From Auanema rhodensis (taxonomy: Eukaryota > Animalia > Nematoda), in assembly GCA_964057225.1 (NCBI GenBank), contig OZ059895.1:17236001-17300000 (forward strand): a stretch of DNA of 64,000 nucleotides, given 5' to 3'. The notes beneath the pieces were generated by a model. The model did not search any database, was not told the origin of the DNA, and saw nothing but the letters and a program-made list of their open reading frames with translations. Of the stretch, positions 50,901 through 63,686 are shown piece after piece (the stretch's first letter is position 1; each line of letters begins with the position of its first letter). The translations under genes were made by a program, and so were the position numbers.

Positions 50901-53900
50901 GAGGGAGTAGAGAAAAATTGCGAAAGAGGTAAGTAAAAGGGAAAGAAGGAGAGAAAGAGAGATAAGCAAGTAAAGCAGAAGAAGGAAAGAGAAAAAGAGT
51001 TCAGATGTCTAGCTCTCTTTCATTCTTCTTTACCCTCCTTGCTTCTCTTCTCCTTTTCCTCCCTCTCTGTCTTCATTTCACTCTCTCAACAATCCTCTGT
51101 TTCTTTGTGCCCTCTCGTCTTTCACTTTCTATCTCTTCAGCAATGAAAGCTTTATTCACTAGTGAGGGACCTTCCAAAAATGATAATTTTTTAAAAAAAT
51201 TTTATTTATCACAGATATCAAGAAAGATATTTAGAATATGATTAGAAACTTGGATGAGTTCATGTATTCCCAGTAAAAAGGTTTTATCTTGAAATTGTTC
51301 TGTTTTTCTTCCTCGTTCCACCTCTCTCTTCTCTCTCTCTCTCTTATACTTTCTCTCTTGTTTTCCCTCTCTCTATTTTGTTAGTTCTTTCTCTCTCCTT
51401 CCTTTGATATTCGTGGGCTACCACATTCGATTTTGTTTTCTTAGTCCTGTTTACGATGATATTTGGGGACTACTGCACCGATGAAAGCACCGAATAGCTT
51501 TCCTAACTTTCATGTCGATGTGTTTGGTGCTTGTGTGTATGTTTGTATGTGTGTTTGTATGTGTATATGAGTTTTATTTGTTTTTTTTTCCTTTTTTCCC
51601 TTTTCTTCCTATCGTTTTCTCTCTCGTTCTCTCTCTTTCTTTGGCTTTTACCTTCAACCTCTTTCAAATCTCTTGTATCCTCACTTTTCTATCAATTTCA
51701 ACATTAACTTTCTTCTTTCATAGTCTCACTCTTTCTTTTTCTCATCTCTCTCTCTCTCTACATTATATCTTTCAGCTTATATCTTTTTTCTTTTTCATTA
51801 TATAATATAAGAGGAGCAGTTAAGTGCTATAACTTGACAAGTCTTATACTTTTTTAGCCTCTCTACTCATAAGAAGCTTTGTTGTTGTCCCGTATACGAA
51901 AGAAAATATGAAGATGATCATGAAGATGATGAAGAGACTTGAGTTTCTCAGAAATGCTTTATAACTCATATGAGCGAAGTTACGGAAATAAGCTTTTTAG
52001 TTGTCATCGGAATGAATGACTGTAGTAAACAAGCTTCAAGTTTCAGCATCGTACAATGAATGAAGCCTCCTGACTAAGGCTTGTAAAGTTTTTTGATTAT
52101 AACTTCAATTGAAACTTACTTATGAAGAAAAAATTATTATCAGCCGGATATACAAGATAATAAACAGATAATGATGTGATGGCATGCAATTAGCAATTTC
52201 ATATCTGCTGAATATAATTGTAAAATTTGCTAATAATAGCAAATGACACGGTAAAATGATTGTGATTTTTGAACAATTTAACCAGCTCTTCAATGCTTGA
52301 AATCTAAACATAGAAAAGAATAATAAAGATAAATATAGAAAATATGTATATGAATAAATATATAATTATTGTATATTTTAATGAGAAGATTATTTATAAG
52401 AAAATATGTTGATGTTGTTACTTCCAGTATTTTGTCTTTCAATTAATGAGCAATAAGCGACAATATCTACATGTATATGCTTTATTAGAATAAAATATTT
52501 TATTTATTTATTATTTATCACATAGATTCATAGTATCATTAGTATCAGTATCATGCTTATCAAGCTGATGATGATGAACATCATCATCATCATTAGTCTC
52601 AGCTTCATCAACATCAGCATCAACAGCTTCATCAACAGCAGTATCTTACACAATATCTTATCATATTGTATTTGGTTAAGAGAAGTTTAAAAATGAAAAA
52701 AAAAAAAATAATTGCCTCAAATGCGGCTTTGATTTGACAATTCGATTTTCTTTTAATATTTTTTTATGGTAATAGCTTGAAAAATAAAAATAAAATAATT
52801 TTTCTTGAAAACTGGAGAAATCAGGGGTCGCAAAATTGAATTTTTAAACGTTAAATAATATAATTGTTGAAGTAAAAGTGTAAAAGGCTTGAAATATGAT
52901 TGTTTCAACTTTTAACAAAGTTTAAAACTTTAAGCCTTCAAGCTAATCAAAATCCATTTCAGTTTTTTTTGTTTATTTGATTATATTAACATAATTGATT
53001 TTAATATAATTTTATAATAAAATATATTGATTAGAGCGATTTTTTTTGCCAAATTTCATAGTCTGAAATGATTCTGAAGACAGGGATGCTAATATTATTT
53101 TTGCTCTTCTTTAGATTGTAACTCCATTTTCAAATCCACTAATTCATATATATTTTTTTCCTTAATTAGTACGACTACAACATTTGTTTTTCAATTGTCA
53201 GAATTTTACTTCCTTTTGCCCTGTTTGACCTCAAGAATTATATTATCTTCAAAGAATATACTATAAATGAACCATATGAAAGTTATTGAAAAATATATTT
53301 AGAAGTCTTAAGAATAGAGAAAAGTTCAAATAGCTCGTGTATATCTATGTGTCGTTACATATTTTGTTGGGAGGTGGTGGTAGTGGGTGGCTGCTCTATA
53401 TGAGAGAATGTACTCATTGGAAGTATTTGTTCAGTTTTTTTCAGAAAAGGCATAGTCAGATATAGAACTTTCGGCTAGACAAGAAAATAATATTCTTTAT
53501 TATTAACACTCGGACGTTGGCGACTAACTATGCGCTGGCGTGGATTTGAAGGAGAAGGAGATGGAGAAAGGAAGAACAAGACCATGAAAATGTCCGTAAA
53601 GTTTTGCACTTTCTGTTTTCGGTCAGTGTCTACGAGCGTGGGATGGATGAAGAAAGAGGGGGGGGGGAGGGAGGGAAGAGTACGGGGAAGTCCAAGCATG
53701 CGAGACGGGCATTCATATAAAGAGAATAGAAAAAAGACATAACAGTAGTAGATAGATAGGATAAAGAAGGATAAACAATAGTAGAAGGCGCTGGATAATC
53801 AGATGAAGAAGGATCATGAAGAACAATGAATGATGAAATTTCTTAAAATAGAAACAACTCCCTTTATGGCTTATGTATATAGTTACGAATGACGTATAAC

Positions 53901-54506
53901 TTATATGAACATAGCATATTCAGATATGTTCTGTGCTATCAATTTCAAGATAATCTTCAAACCATGACGTTGCCATCGTAGTCAGTGATGTCAATCTAAC
54001 GCTACCACTTTCCGACGACGATGACGAAGTGATTTGGATACAGGAGAGGTTTTAATGGACGGATACGCAATAGTACGATAATGATGCACATAAACAAGTT
54101 GAATATGCATACATTAGTTGTTCACATGGCATAGATTTTGTGTGTCTATATGAGAGAGAGAGAGAGGGGGGGGGAGGGGGTTCAGAGAGAGAAGAGGAGG
54201 AAGGCTGAATGATATGGTTTAGGATGATAAGAATGAGAGCATAATAAAGGTTGTAATAGGTTTAATTTTTTTGTACTTTCACTCTTTTATAATAAAATAT
54301 TTTGAAAATAACTTGTTATATAGTTATAATAAATGATTATATTATAATATAATAATAGAATATATAGATATTGTTATATTATATTATATTATAGATAGAT
54401 GAAAATGCTCTATTATATAAGATTAGTTGGTATAAAATTTTTGGGCAGTTAGGTGAAAATCAGTACAACTGGGTGAATCATATAGTAGCTTTTTCTTTCT
54501 CTCTTA

Positions 54507-54562
<56 letters not shown>

Positions 54563-57500
54563 TTCTCTATATTCTTCTCTACTTACCCTCTTAACTTATC
54601 TTCTCTCTATCTTGTAATGCTCTTCCTTCAACACCCCCACAACCTCCTCCCCCTTTAAAACTTTGGAAATAAAACACAATTAAAACGAATGAGGGGCTGA
54701 CTACCTGAAGATGTACAATAGAAATATTATATTAAACTGAAAGAGATATATCATTATTCGTTTTCAAGGATCTTCATAGATAGTAATTCATAAAAGTGGA
54801 AGCAGATGTGTTTGTAATCAATGGTTGAATTGATGATGAATATAAAATACTGGGAATCGTAGAACAGTAATACAGTATTCTTTTAAGAAAGTGGATTTTT
54901 ACTTTTTTTGTTGTCACTTGATCTATCTCTCTCTCTTTCTCTCTCTATATATTTCTCTCTCTCTCTCTTTCTCCTTCTCTGTCTTTCTCTTCATCCCTCT
55001 CTTTCTCTCTTTCTTTTCACTTTCTTTCTAAGTGTTTTTTCTTTGGAAATCGTTTGTCTCTGAAATTTTTTTTTCATTCAGTATAAGGGAATTTATTTAT
55101 TGGAATTGATGTTATCATCATGATCATCATATGAAGAAGAAGAAGAAATAGTTTATTTGAAATGTGTGCCGTTGTTCCGATGCTACAGTTTCATATGAAA
55201 GATTTTCAATGAAGTGTAAGAAATATTCTAAAAGGAATGATTGAACTTTGATAGTTTTCAAGTTTATTATTGAACTGATAGTTGTGACCCTTTCTTTTTG
55301 ATCTTTTCTTTCAAAGAAAAAGAAATAAGATGATAGAATGGTTTAAGATTTGATAATCAACTCTCTTTCATCTCCGGAACATTAGAGATGAAGGTTGAAT
55401 TTTTGATTTCTTGACTGAAATGGATACACTTCGTCTCCGTCGTCGTCTCTTCTTATTATTGTTCTAACACATAAACTAAAAAATTTGGCTTTTTGCAGCT
55501 TTAATAGTAATGACAAAAGAACTGGGATAAGAGTTGGATACGAGTTGTAGAGGGTCTTGGTCGTAGTTCATCGTGGTCTACGGCGCTGTCGATATAGTCT
55601 GAGGAGAGCGAATAGAAAGTCGAAAACAAAAAGTGCATCTGAGGCCTCAGCAGCACAGCTGTTGAGCTAGCTGACAAGTAAACGTTGACATGAAGGAGGA
55701 TTCCATGAATTCGACGACAATGTCGACGTGGACAAGGAAGAAGACGGAGGTGGTTGAGAGGACAAAGTGGAGGAGAAGAAGCGAGAAGTTCAAAGAGTAT
55801 TTTCTGACTAAGAGAGTAAACCAAAAAATAACAAAGCATTGAGAAAGGGAGGGAGAGAAAAAGGAAGAAGAAGAGAATCGAGAATTGAAGAGTAAAACGA
55901 ATATAAAGGAAATCAGTTAAAGTAAAGTAAAACTCTGTCCGGCTTATGTGTGCCAATGTCTGTGTATTCAGCTTATTATATTTATTTTTTCTTTTTCCTA
56001 AAAAATAAAAAAAATTCCAGTCTGAAAATCTATAACAAACAGAAAATCAATGAAGATGACGTGACAGAATAAAAATTCTGTTAATATTCTTGGAACGATT
56101 CCAAAAATTTCTAAGAGTACACATGACCGAGATGTATTCAGATGATGCAATGTGTGCGAAAAAATTTGAAAAAGGTTTCATTCTACACCAAGCCAACTTT
56201 CTAATCAGAATTTTAGTTCAGAGGGAAACACAAAAATTACAGTTAGAATCTGAAGCAAAAGCTGAACAAAGAACGAATTGCAGCAAGACAACAGTTCGAA
56301 GGTTGTAGCATGCATCACTATGCAAAGCTTATGACAATACTAGAAACAATGATTTTTCTTCAAGATATTGCATGATCTCGAAAAACTTTGTCCCCAACTT
56401 GAACGGAAAATTGTGAAACTTTCCAGTTTTTTTTATTTTTTTCATCTGATTGTACAGAACAAGCATTATACAGTTTAAATTTTTTGCATAATATTAATTC
56501 CGTTTTGGATCAAAGACAAAGCCAAACTAGTTTTACGGGAATATTTGAACAAAATAAAAAAAACATCAAATTCAAAGTTGAATATGCAAAATTGTCCTAA
56601 CAGAGAAAAAAAATGTAAAAATCTGAAACAAACACAATAGAGAATTTGATGCTGAAAATTGGTGAAAGGTAATTATAGCATTATAATCTAAAAAATATAT
56701 AAATTGAATACATCTAGTAACTTCTATAAAATAATTTTTATTCATATAAAGTTATATTTTTTATCATTTATATAGATTTTATAATTTAAATTTACATTTG
56801 TAGATTTTACAACAAATAAATGCTGTGAAAAAGGAAGTAAATGCCCCGATTACCAAGAAAAAAAGATGGAAAAGAGAGTTTTGAATATGTAGATAAAATA
56901 TGAGCAAAAAGCTTATATGTAAATACATATGAGTTTTACAATAATTAATAATTAATTCTTAGGAATGTTCTTCAGAATTTTCAACATTTCCTTTCTTTCA
57001 TACTGTTTTTGAAAGATTTTATTCGAAATATCAATTCGGTTTGTTGGAACTAATTACTGTAAATTGACTTATATTCTCCGGCGGCTTCCCCCCCCCTCTC
57101 TCAATCATACGATGATGATGATCTTTTCACCTTTTCTGTGTATTTGGGCAAGAATTGTAATAAAAACTGCTAATAGTCTTCTTTATCAATACAAGAAAAA
57201 GATAGTACACTGTGAAATGTATGCGGAAAACGTGGACAAATGGAGAAATAGGGATAAAGCAAGATGGAGAGAGGAGAATTGAGAGAGAGATTGAATTTTT
57301 TTTATAATTCTCACATTTTTGAATACATAAAATGTATTTTCTGCACCTATTTTGAGTATTTTCTCATTATGTATTCAAATGGTTTTTGTTCGATCAACTT
57401 TTCATGTCACTTTATCAGGATAATCTTCATATTAATCAAAATCATCGGATTATTGTCGAAATGTTTCTTTGATTTACTGTCGTGCTCTACCTCATACTCC

Positions 57501-58187
57501 CCCCTTCTCTTTCTCTCGACTGTTTTTTTCTCTTAATCTTCTTCTCCTTCTAATACCTAAATCTCTCTCTTTAATAATTTCTGTTCATTTAAAATTATCT
57601 AAAAAAAAAGTGAGAAAACTATTTTACGATGGTGATTTTGATAGAACAATGTGCATTTAAGCTGTTTTAACATAAAGTATGATGAGAAATCATTTGAATA
57701 ATTGGTAATCTCTCTCTTTTTTAAATTCTCATACTTAAGATCTATTTTTAGTTTTTCGTTATAATTGGGTGAGAATACCTGATTTGAGGATAAACTTTTA
57801 TTGAATTTATTATAATAATTCCTTATGAAAGTATTATGAAAATGAGTTTATTAAGATGCTAAGTAGTAAAAAAAAGATGATTTTTCTAAAATTAAACTAA
57901 AAAAAACAGCGTTTAAAGTAAACCAGTGTCTTATAATTTATTTTGAAGACCAAAAAACCGAACTCCATTAAAGGTCCACCCACCCTCTGGCAATCCTCGT
58001 AATCTTTCTCATCGTCTCTATCAGTCTAACTACTCTCTTATCATTTATGATATGCTTTGTTTTTCTCTCGTTCTCTTTTTCTCTCAACCTTTCTCTCTCT
58101 CGTTCCCTTTAAAAGATTTGGAAGAGAAATGCCATAACTCGGGTTGTTGAAACCTGTTGTTGTACTGATAATCATTCCGTGATCAGA

Positions 58188-60702
58188 ATGCCTACTGAAA
58201 GGTACGTTTGAATTTTTGTCCTCCAAAAAACAGAATATTTTCTGGATTGATTCCAGATTCTGATTTTTTGAAAGAGAATCAATTGTCCATTTACTTATTC
58301 TTATTCTTATATTCAACTTCTAATTGATTATATATTACAGTTGTTATGGCATTGGCCGAAATGAAGGTGATCCGTCTGCGGATCTGCATTTCAAAAATCG
58401 CACAAGATTTATCATGTTAACACTAGTAACATTATGCTTATCTATCTGTCAAAGTAATGTTTTAACACTCAATTTTACAATTATTTGTATGGCGGGAGCG
58501 CCATTACCTATTAATCTATATAACGAATCTGGAAATATATTCGAATATGAAAATGGAACTTATTACGAGGTCAGTTCTTACGATCGTGTCATTCATGCAG
58601 CATTACTTACTGAAATGCTATTTCAATTATCTGCTATGATTGAAAAATAAACATAAGAATACATGTTATAGCAAGGAATATCCAGACTAGCCGACTACGA
58701 ATATGATATGATGAATCGACCGTATGTATATACGCCATCTCAAAAGAACATGCTTTTTTCCTTTGTTGCCGTTGGAGCCATGGTTGCCGTCTACCCCTGT
58801 ATGATATTAATACAGGTATTGTTTTATTTATGAATTTTGTTTGTGGCTTTCTGTGTCATCATAATCATCCTGTTCGCATCAAGGCTTATACACATCATTC
58901 TCGTGGTTCCCAATATCATTATCAATGTACTCATAGCAGACCGAAAGCATTCTTTCATCGTTGAACTTTACTCGTTCAGTATACTGTAATGCATTATTGT
59001 ATGTCTTCAGAAATTTGGCACCCGAAGTATTGTAACAATCTTTGGCTTCTTTTCGGCTATTTGTACAGCCCTTGTTCCACTGTGCGCCGATTTAGGATAT
59101 GTTTATTTAGTAATTATCCGATTTCTTCAAGTAAGATAGTTAAAATAGAAAGTTGATAATGTGATTTTCAATATTCAGGGAACAGGATTATCTCCTGGTT
59201 TTACCTTGATTGGTATTTTCACTTTACAATGGTCTATGAAAAAGCAGAACGCTATTTTCATAGCAGTATTGACATGCTTCTTCCAGGTAAACCATGTGTT
59301 CGTCTCTTCAATGAATGTTTTAATGCTGGAAAAAGTTGTTTCAAGGAAAATTATTGAAAAATGTTTAGATTGGTCCTATCTTTACTATGCCAGTCTCAGG
59401 AGCTTTATGTACATCTTCACTTGGTTGGCAATCAGTATACTATTTACATGCTGTTGTTACCTGTATTTTATATATTATGTTTTTATATTTTTATAGGTAC
59501 AATTATGAAATATTGTCAATTCTATTATATAATTGGCATTTCAGAGAATTACCACGTGAACATCGTTTCGTGTCCGATAAAGAAATTGACCGTATCAAGA
59601 GAATGAAGGGAGATACCACAAAACGCGAGCCAATACCTTTAAAGGTAAAAATATTCTGCATTGAACATCTTCAGAAATAAACATATATATTACAGGCCAT
59701 GCTTACATCCCCTGCAATCTGGTGTTGTTGGGCATCCGCCATTGGAAATTTTATAGGAATTCAATTAACTATGCAGTTTTCCCCAATATTTCTTAATCGA
59801 GTCATGGGTTATCCTGTTGAGCAGACAGGTCTTTTTAGTGCAATTCCACAGGTATTTTTATATGATGTTTTTGCAATGTTAATTTTGAAAACTTATCAGA
59901 TTGTAACATTCTTTTTGAAATTAGTAGCTGGTGTATTATCTGATAAACTGACATGTTGTTCACCTGTGCTTTCCGTCAAAATATTCAATATGCTGGCGAT
60001 AGGAGGCATGGGGATATTCTTTTTTATTCTAGCTTTTATTCCAACGTAAGTTTAGAAACAAAGTTATTAAATTGCAGAATACATTATGCACATCGAACAG
60101 GTAATTATTTTATATTTCAGATCGTTACCCCTATTAGCGTTAATAATTCTGATCATATGTACTAGTATTGTTGGATTCAATTGCGGAGCTTTCTTCAAGA
60201 GTTCAGCTATTGTAGCAGCGTAAGTTCTTTATAGATAAATGATTTTATTTTTCAATTGAAGACAACATAATCACTTCGTGATGGGTGTCAACTCATTTAT
60301 CAATTGTGCTTGTGCACTACTTGCTCCGGTTATTGTTAATATATTTGTGGCAAATGATACTTGGGATGAATGGTGGTATGTATACACATATAAGTACTTG
60401 ATATCAATTGTCTTGAAGGTGGGTCTGGATGGTACATGGAGTTATCCTGACCATCGTCAACATTATCTTCCTTATATTTGGAAAAGGTGAAGCAGCTGAA
60501 TGGACAAAATCAGCAGCCAATCGAATTACATCCACTCCACAGCCAGCTTCTCCAAATGTAATTTTTCTTTCCGTAGGAAAAAAATAACTATTCGAATCAT
60601 TTTCAGTCAAACTCATCTTTTCCGAAGAATGCGAATCGCATAACTCAAAATCGTATACATCCAGAGTCTTTAGGCTTACCTAAGTATGATCAACACCATT
60701 GA
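58188..60702 (+). CDS. MFS transporter, nematode SLC17-like (anion:cation symporter) family
   Basis: ATG 58188, first exon to 58201, next from 58341. Translation includes NRTRFIMLTLVTLCLSICQSNVLTLNFTIICM, LFSFVAVGAMVAVYP, RFLQ|GTGLS, QIGPIFTMPVSGALCTSSLGWQSVYY, ELPREHRFVSDKEIDRI, QFSPIFLNRVMGYPVEQTG and GFNCGAFFKS. Many hydrophobic helices; last exon ends TGA 60700-60702. Confidence 0.88.
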
Positions 60703-61083
60703 ATGTATCTATCCAGATCCATTTAGGGACCGCTTAAATTGCCATGAAAGCCCTCAAAACATGAAGCGTATAGTAGAAAAAGTTCAACATTTCTAGACAA
60801 AACTTTATTTAAATATAGAACATATATCAAACATTTTAATTGAACCAGCTATTAAACTATGTATAAATTAATTATTATTCAATATCATTATCTATTACTC
60901 AAAGTACTTCAATGAAATAAAACTGTTACAAGTTAAGAGTTCAAAACAATTACCGATCTTTCTTCTCAGAGCTTTTACTTCAGGTTACATCTTCTCTCGA
61001 ATGAAATATTTCAATTCAATATGTACACGCAATGTTGAAAGTGACTAAGAGATTATAATCGACAAATGAAAATAAATTATCAA

Positions 61084-61155
61084 GCCTCATTGGCTCAGGG
61101 GCAGAGCGTCTGTCTAGTAAACAGAAGGTCGCTGGTTCGATTCCAGCATGAGGCA
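61084..61155 (+). tRNA. tRNA-Thr(AGT)
   Basis: 72 nt; acceptor GCCTCAT/ATGAGGC, D stem GCTC/GAGC, anticodon stem TCTGT/ACAGA with loop CT-AGT-AA, T arm GCTGG-TTCGATT-CCAGC; TTTT downstream. Confidence 0.95.
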
Positions 61156-61327
61156 TCGTTTTAGACTTTTTCAAACTATTTTGAGGATTAATTCGTGCTT
61201 CTTGAAGCTTTTACTTCAGGTTACATCTTCTCTTATTCATTCAAATGAAATATTTCTATTGAATATGTACACGCATTGTTGAAAGTGACTAAGAGATTAT
61301 TATGGACAAATGAAAATAACTTATCAA

Positions 61328-61382
61328 GCCTCATTGGCTCAGGGGCAGAGCGTCTGTCTAGTAAACATTCCAGCTTGAGGCA
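61328..61382 (+). pseudogene. tRNA-Thr(AGT)-derived 55-nt copy with 17-nt deletion
   Basis: Lacks agaaggtcgctggttcg (variable loop, 5' T arm, most of B box); catgagg>cttgagg. Confidence 0.85.
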
Positions 61383-61554
61383 TCTTTTTAGACTTTCTCA
61401 AACTATTTTGAGGTAAAATTCGTGCTTCTTGAAGCTTTTACTTCAGGTTACATCTTCTCTTATTCATTCAAATGAAATATTTCTATTGAATATGTACACG
61501 CATTGTTGAAATTGACTAAGAGATTATTATGGACAAATGAAAATAACTTATCAA

Positions 61555-61609
61555 GCCTCATTGGCTCAGGGGCAGAGCGTCTGTCTAGTAAACATTCCAG
61601 CTTGAGGCA
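61555..61609 (+). pseudogene. tRNA-Thr(AGT)-derived 55-nt deleted copy
   Basis: Same deletion and substitution. Confidence 0.85.
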
Positions 61610-61781
61610 TCTTTTTAGACTTTCTCAAACTATTTTGAGGTAAAATTCGTGCTTCTTGAAGCTTTTACTTCAGGTTACATCTTCTCTTATTCATTCAAAT
61701 GAAATCTTTATGTTCAATATGTACACGCATTGTTGAAAGTGACAAAGTGATTATAATCGAGAAATGAAAACAACTTATCAA

Positions 61782-61836
61782 GCCTCATTGGCTCAGGGGC
61801 AGAGCGTCTGTCTAGTAAACATTCCAGCTTGAGGCA
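61782..61836 (+). pseudogene. tRNA-Thr(AGT)-derived 55-nt deleted copy
   Basis: Same deletion and substitution. Confidence 0.85.
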
Positions 61837-62008
61837 TCTTTTTAGACTTTCTCAAACTATTTTGAGGTATAATTCGTGCTTCTTGAAGCTTTTACTTCAG
61901 GTTACATCTTCTCTTATTCATTCAAATGAAATCTTTATGTTCAATATGTACACGCATTGTTGAAAGTGACAAAGTGATTATAATCGAGAAATGAAAACAA
62001 CTTATCAA

Positions 62009-62063
62009 GCCTCATTGGCTCAGGGGCAGAGCGTCTGTCTAGTAAACATTCCAGCTTGAGGCA
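62009..62063 (+). pseudogene. tRNA-Thr(AGT)-derived 55-nt deleted copy
   Basis: Same deletion and substitution. Confidence 0.85.
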
Positions 62064-62235
62064 TCTTTTTAGACTTTCTCAAACTGTTTGGAGGATCCAT
62101 TTGTGCTTCTTGAAACTTTTGCTTCAGATTATATCTTCTCTTATTCATTCAAATGAAATATTTGAATTCAATATGTACACGCATTGTTGAAAGTGACAAA
62201 GATATTATAATCGACAAATGAAAACAACTTATCAA

Positions 62236-62290
62236 GCCTCATTGGCTCAGGGGCAGAGCGTCTGTCTAGTAAACATTCCAGCTTGAGGCA
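62236..62290 (+). pseudogene. tRNA-Thr(AGT)-derived 55-nt deleted copy
   Basis: Same deletion and substitution. Confidence 0.85.
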
Positions 62291-62462
62291 TCTTTTTAGA
62301 CTTTCTCAAACTATTTTGAGGATTAATTCGTTCTTCTTGAAACTTTTGCTTCAGATTATATCTTCTCTTATTCATTCAAATGAAATATTTGAATTCAATA
62401 TGTACACGCATTGTTGAAAGTGACAAAGTGATTATAATCGAGAAATGAAAACAACTTATCAA

Positions 62463-62517
62463 GCCTCATTGGCTCAGGGGCAGAGCGTCTGTCTAGTAAA
62501 CATTCCAGCTTGAGGCA
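62463..62517 (+). pseudogene. tRNA-Thr(AGT)-derived 55-nt deleted copy
   Basis: Same deletion and substitution. Confidence 0.85.
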
Positions 62518-62689
62518 TCTTTTTAGACTTTCTCAAACTGTTTGGAGGATCCATTTGTGCTTCTTGAAACTTTTGCTTCAGATTATATCTTCTCTTATTC
62601 ATTCAAATGAAATCTTTATGTTCAATATGTACACGCATTGTTGAAAGTGACAAAGTGATTATAATCGAGAAATGAAAACAACTTATCAA

Positions 62690-62744
62690 GCCTCATTGGC
62701 TCAGGGGCAGAGCGTCTGTCTAGTAAACATTCCAGCTTGAGGCA
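62690..62744 (+). pseudogene. tRNA-Thr(AGT)-derived 55-nt deleted copy
   Basis: Same deletion and substitution. Confidence 0.85.
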
Positions 62745-62916
62745 TCTTTTTAGACTTTCTCAAACTATTTTGAGGATTAATTCGTTCTTCTTGAAGCTTT
62801 TACTTCAGGTTACATCTTCTCTTATTCATTCGAATGAAATATTTGAATTCAATATGTACACGCATTGTTGAAAGTGACAAAGTGATTATAATCGAGAAAT
62901 GAAAATAACTTATCAA

Positions 62917-62971
62917 GCCTCATTGGCTCAGGGGCAGAGCGTCTGTCTAGTAAACATTCCAGCTTGAGGCA
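62917..62971 (+). pseudogene. tRNA-Thr(AGT)-derived 55-nt deleted copy
   Basis: Same deletion and substitution. Confidence 0.85.
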
Positions 62972-63143
62972 TCGTTTTAGACTTTTTCAAACTATTTTTA
63001 GGATTAATTCGTGCTTCTTGAAGCTTTTACTTCAGGTTACATCTTCTCTTATTCATTCAAATGAAATGTTTCTATTGAATATGTACACGCATTGTTGAAA
63101 GTGACAAAGTGATTATAATCGAGAAATGAAAATAACTTATCAA

Positions 63144-63198
63144 GCCTCATTGGCTCAGGGGCAGAGCGTCTGTCTAGTAAACATTCCAGCTTGAGGCA
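63144..63198 (+). pseudogene. tRNA-Thr(AGT)-derived 55-nt deleted copy
   Basis: Same deletion and substitution. Confidence 0.85.
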
Positions 63199-63370
63199 TC
63201 GTTTTAGACTTTTTCAAACTATTTTTAGGATTCATTCGTGCTTCTCGAAGCTTTTACTTCAGGTTACATCTTCTCTTATTCATTCGAATGAAATGTTTCA
63301 ATTGAATATGTACACGCATTGTTAAAAGTGACTAAGAGATTATAATCGAGAAATGAGAATAACTTATTAA

Positions 63371-63442
63371 GCCTCATTGGCTCAGGGGCAGAGCGTCTGT
63401 CTAGTAAACAGAAGGTCGCTGGTTCGATTCCAGCATGAGGCA
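63371..63442 (+). tRNA. tRNA-Thr(AGT)
   Basis: Identical to 61084-61155; full cloverleaf, B box GGTTCGATTCC, T-run terminator. Confidence 0.95.
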
Positions 63443-63614
63443 TCGTTTTAGACTTTTTCAAACTATTTTGAGGGTTAATTCGTGCTTCTTGAAGCTTTTA
63501 CTTCAGGTTACATCTTCTCTTATTCATTCAAATGAAATATTTGAATTCAATATGTACAGGTATCCTTGAAAGTGGCGCAGAGATTATAATCGAGAAATGA
63601 AAACAATTTATCAA

Positions 63615-63686
63615 GCCTCATTGGCTCAGGGGCAGAGCGTCTGTCTAGTAAACAGAAGGTCGCTGGTTCGATTCCAGCATGAGGCA
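63615..63686 (+). tRNA. tRNA-Thr(AGT)
   Basis: Identical full cloverleaf; TTTTT terminator. Confidence 0.95.

Noticed and set aside
51461-51506. Possible miRNA hairpin ttggggactac...atagctttcctaa
   Set aside because: Stem is short and poorly paired; no match to a miRNA I recognise.
52562-52605. Hairpin gatgatgatg-aa-catcatcatc
   Set aside because: Explained by adjacent GAT/CAT triplet repeats, which are common in this region.
55501-55956. 151-aa minus-strand ORF
   Set aside because: Starts at a non-ATG codon, is half low-complexity, and has no recognisable motif or linked exons.
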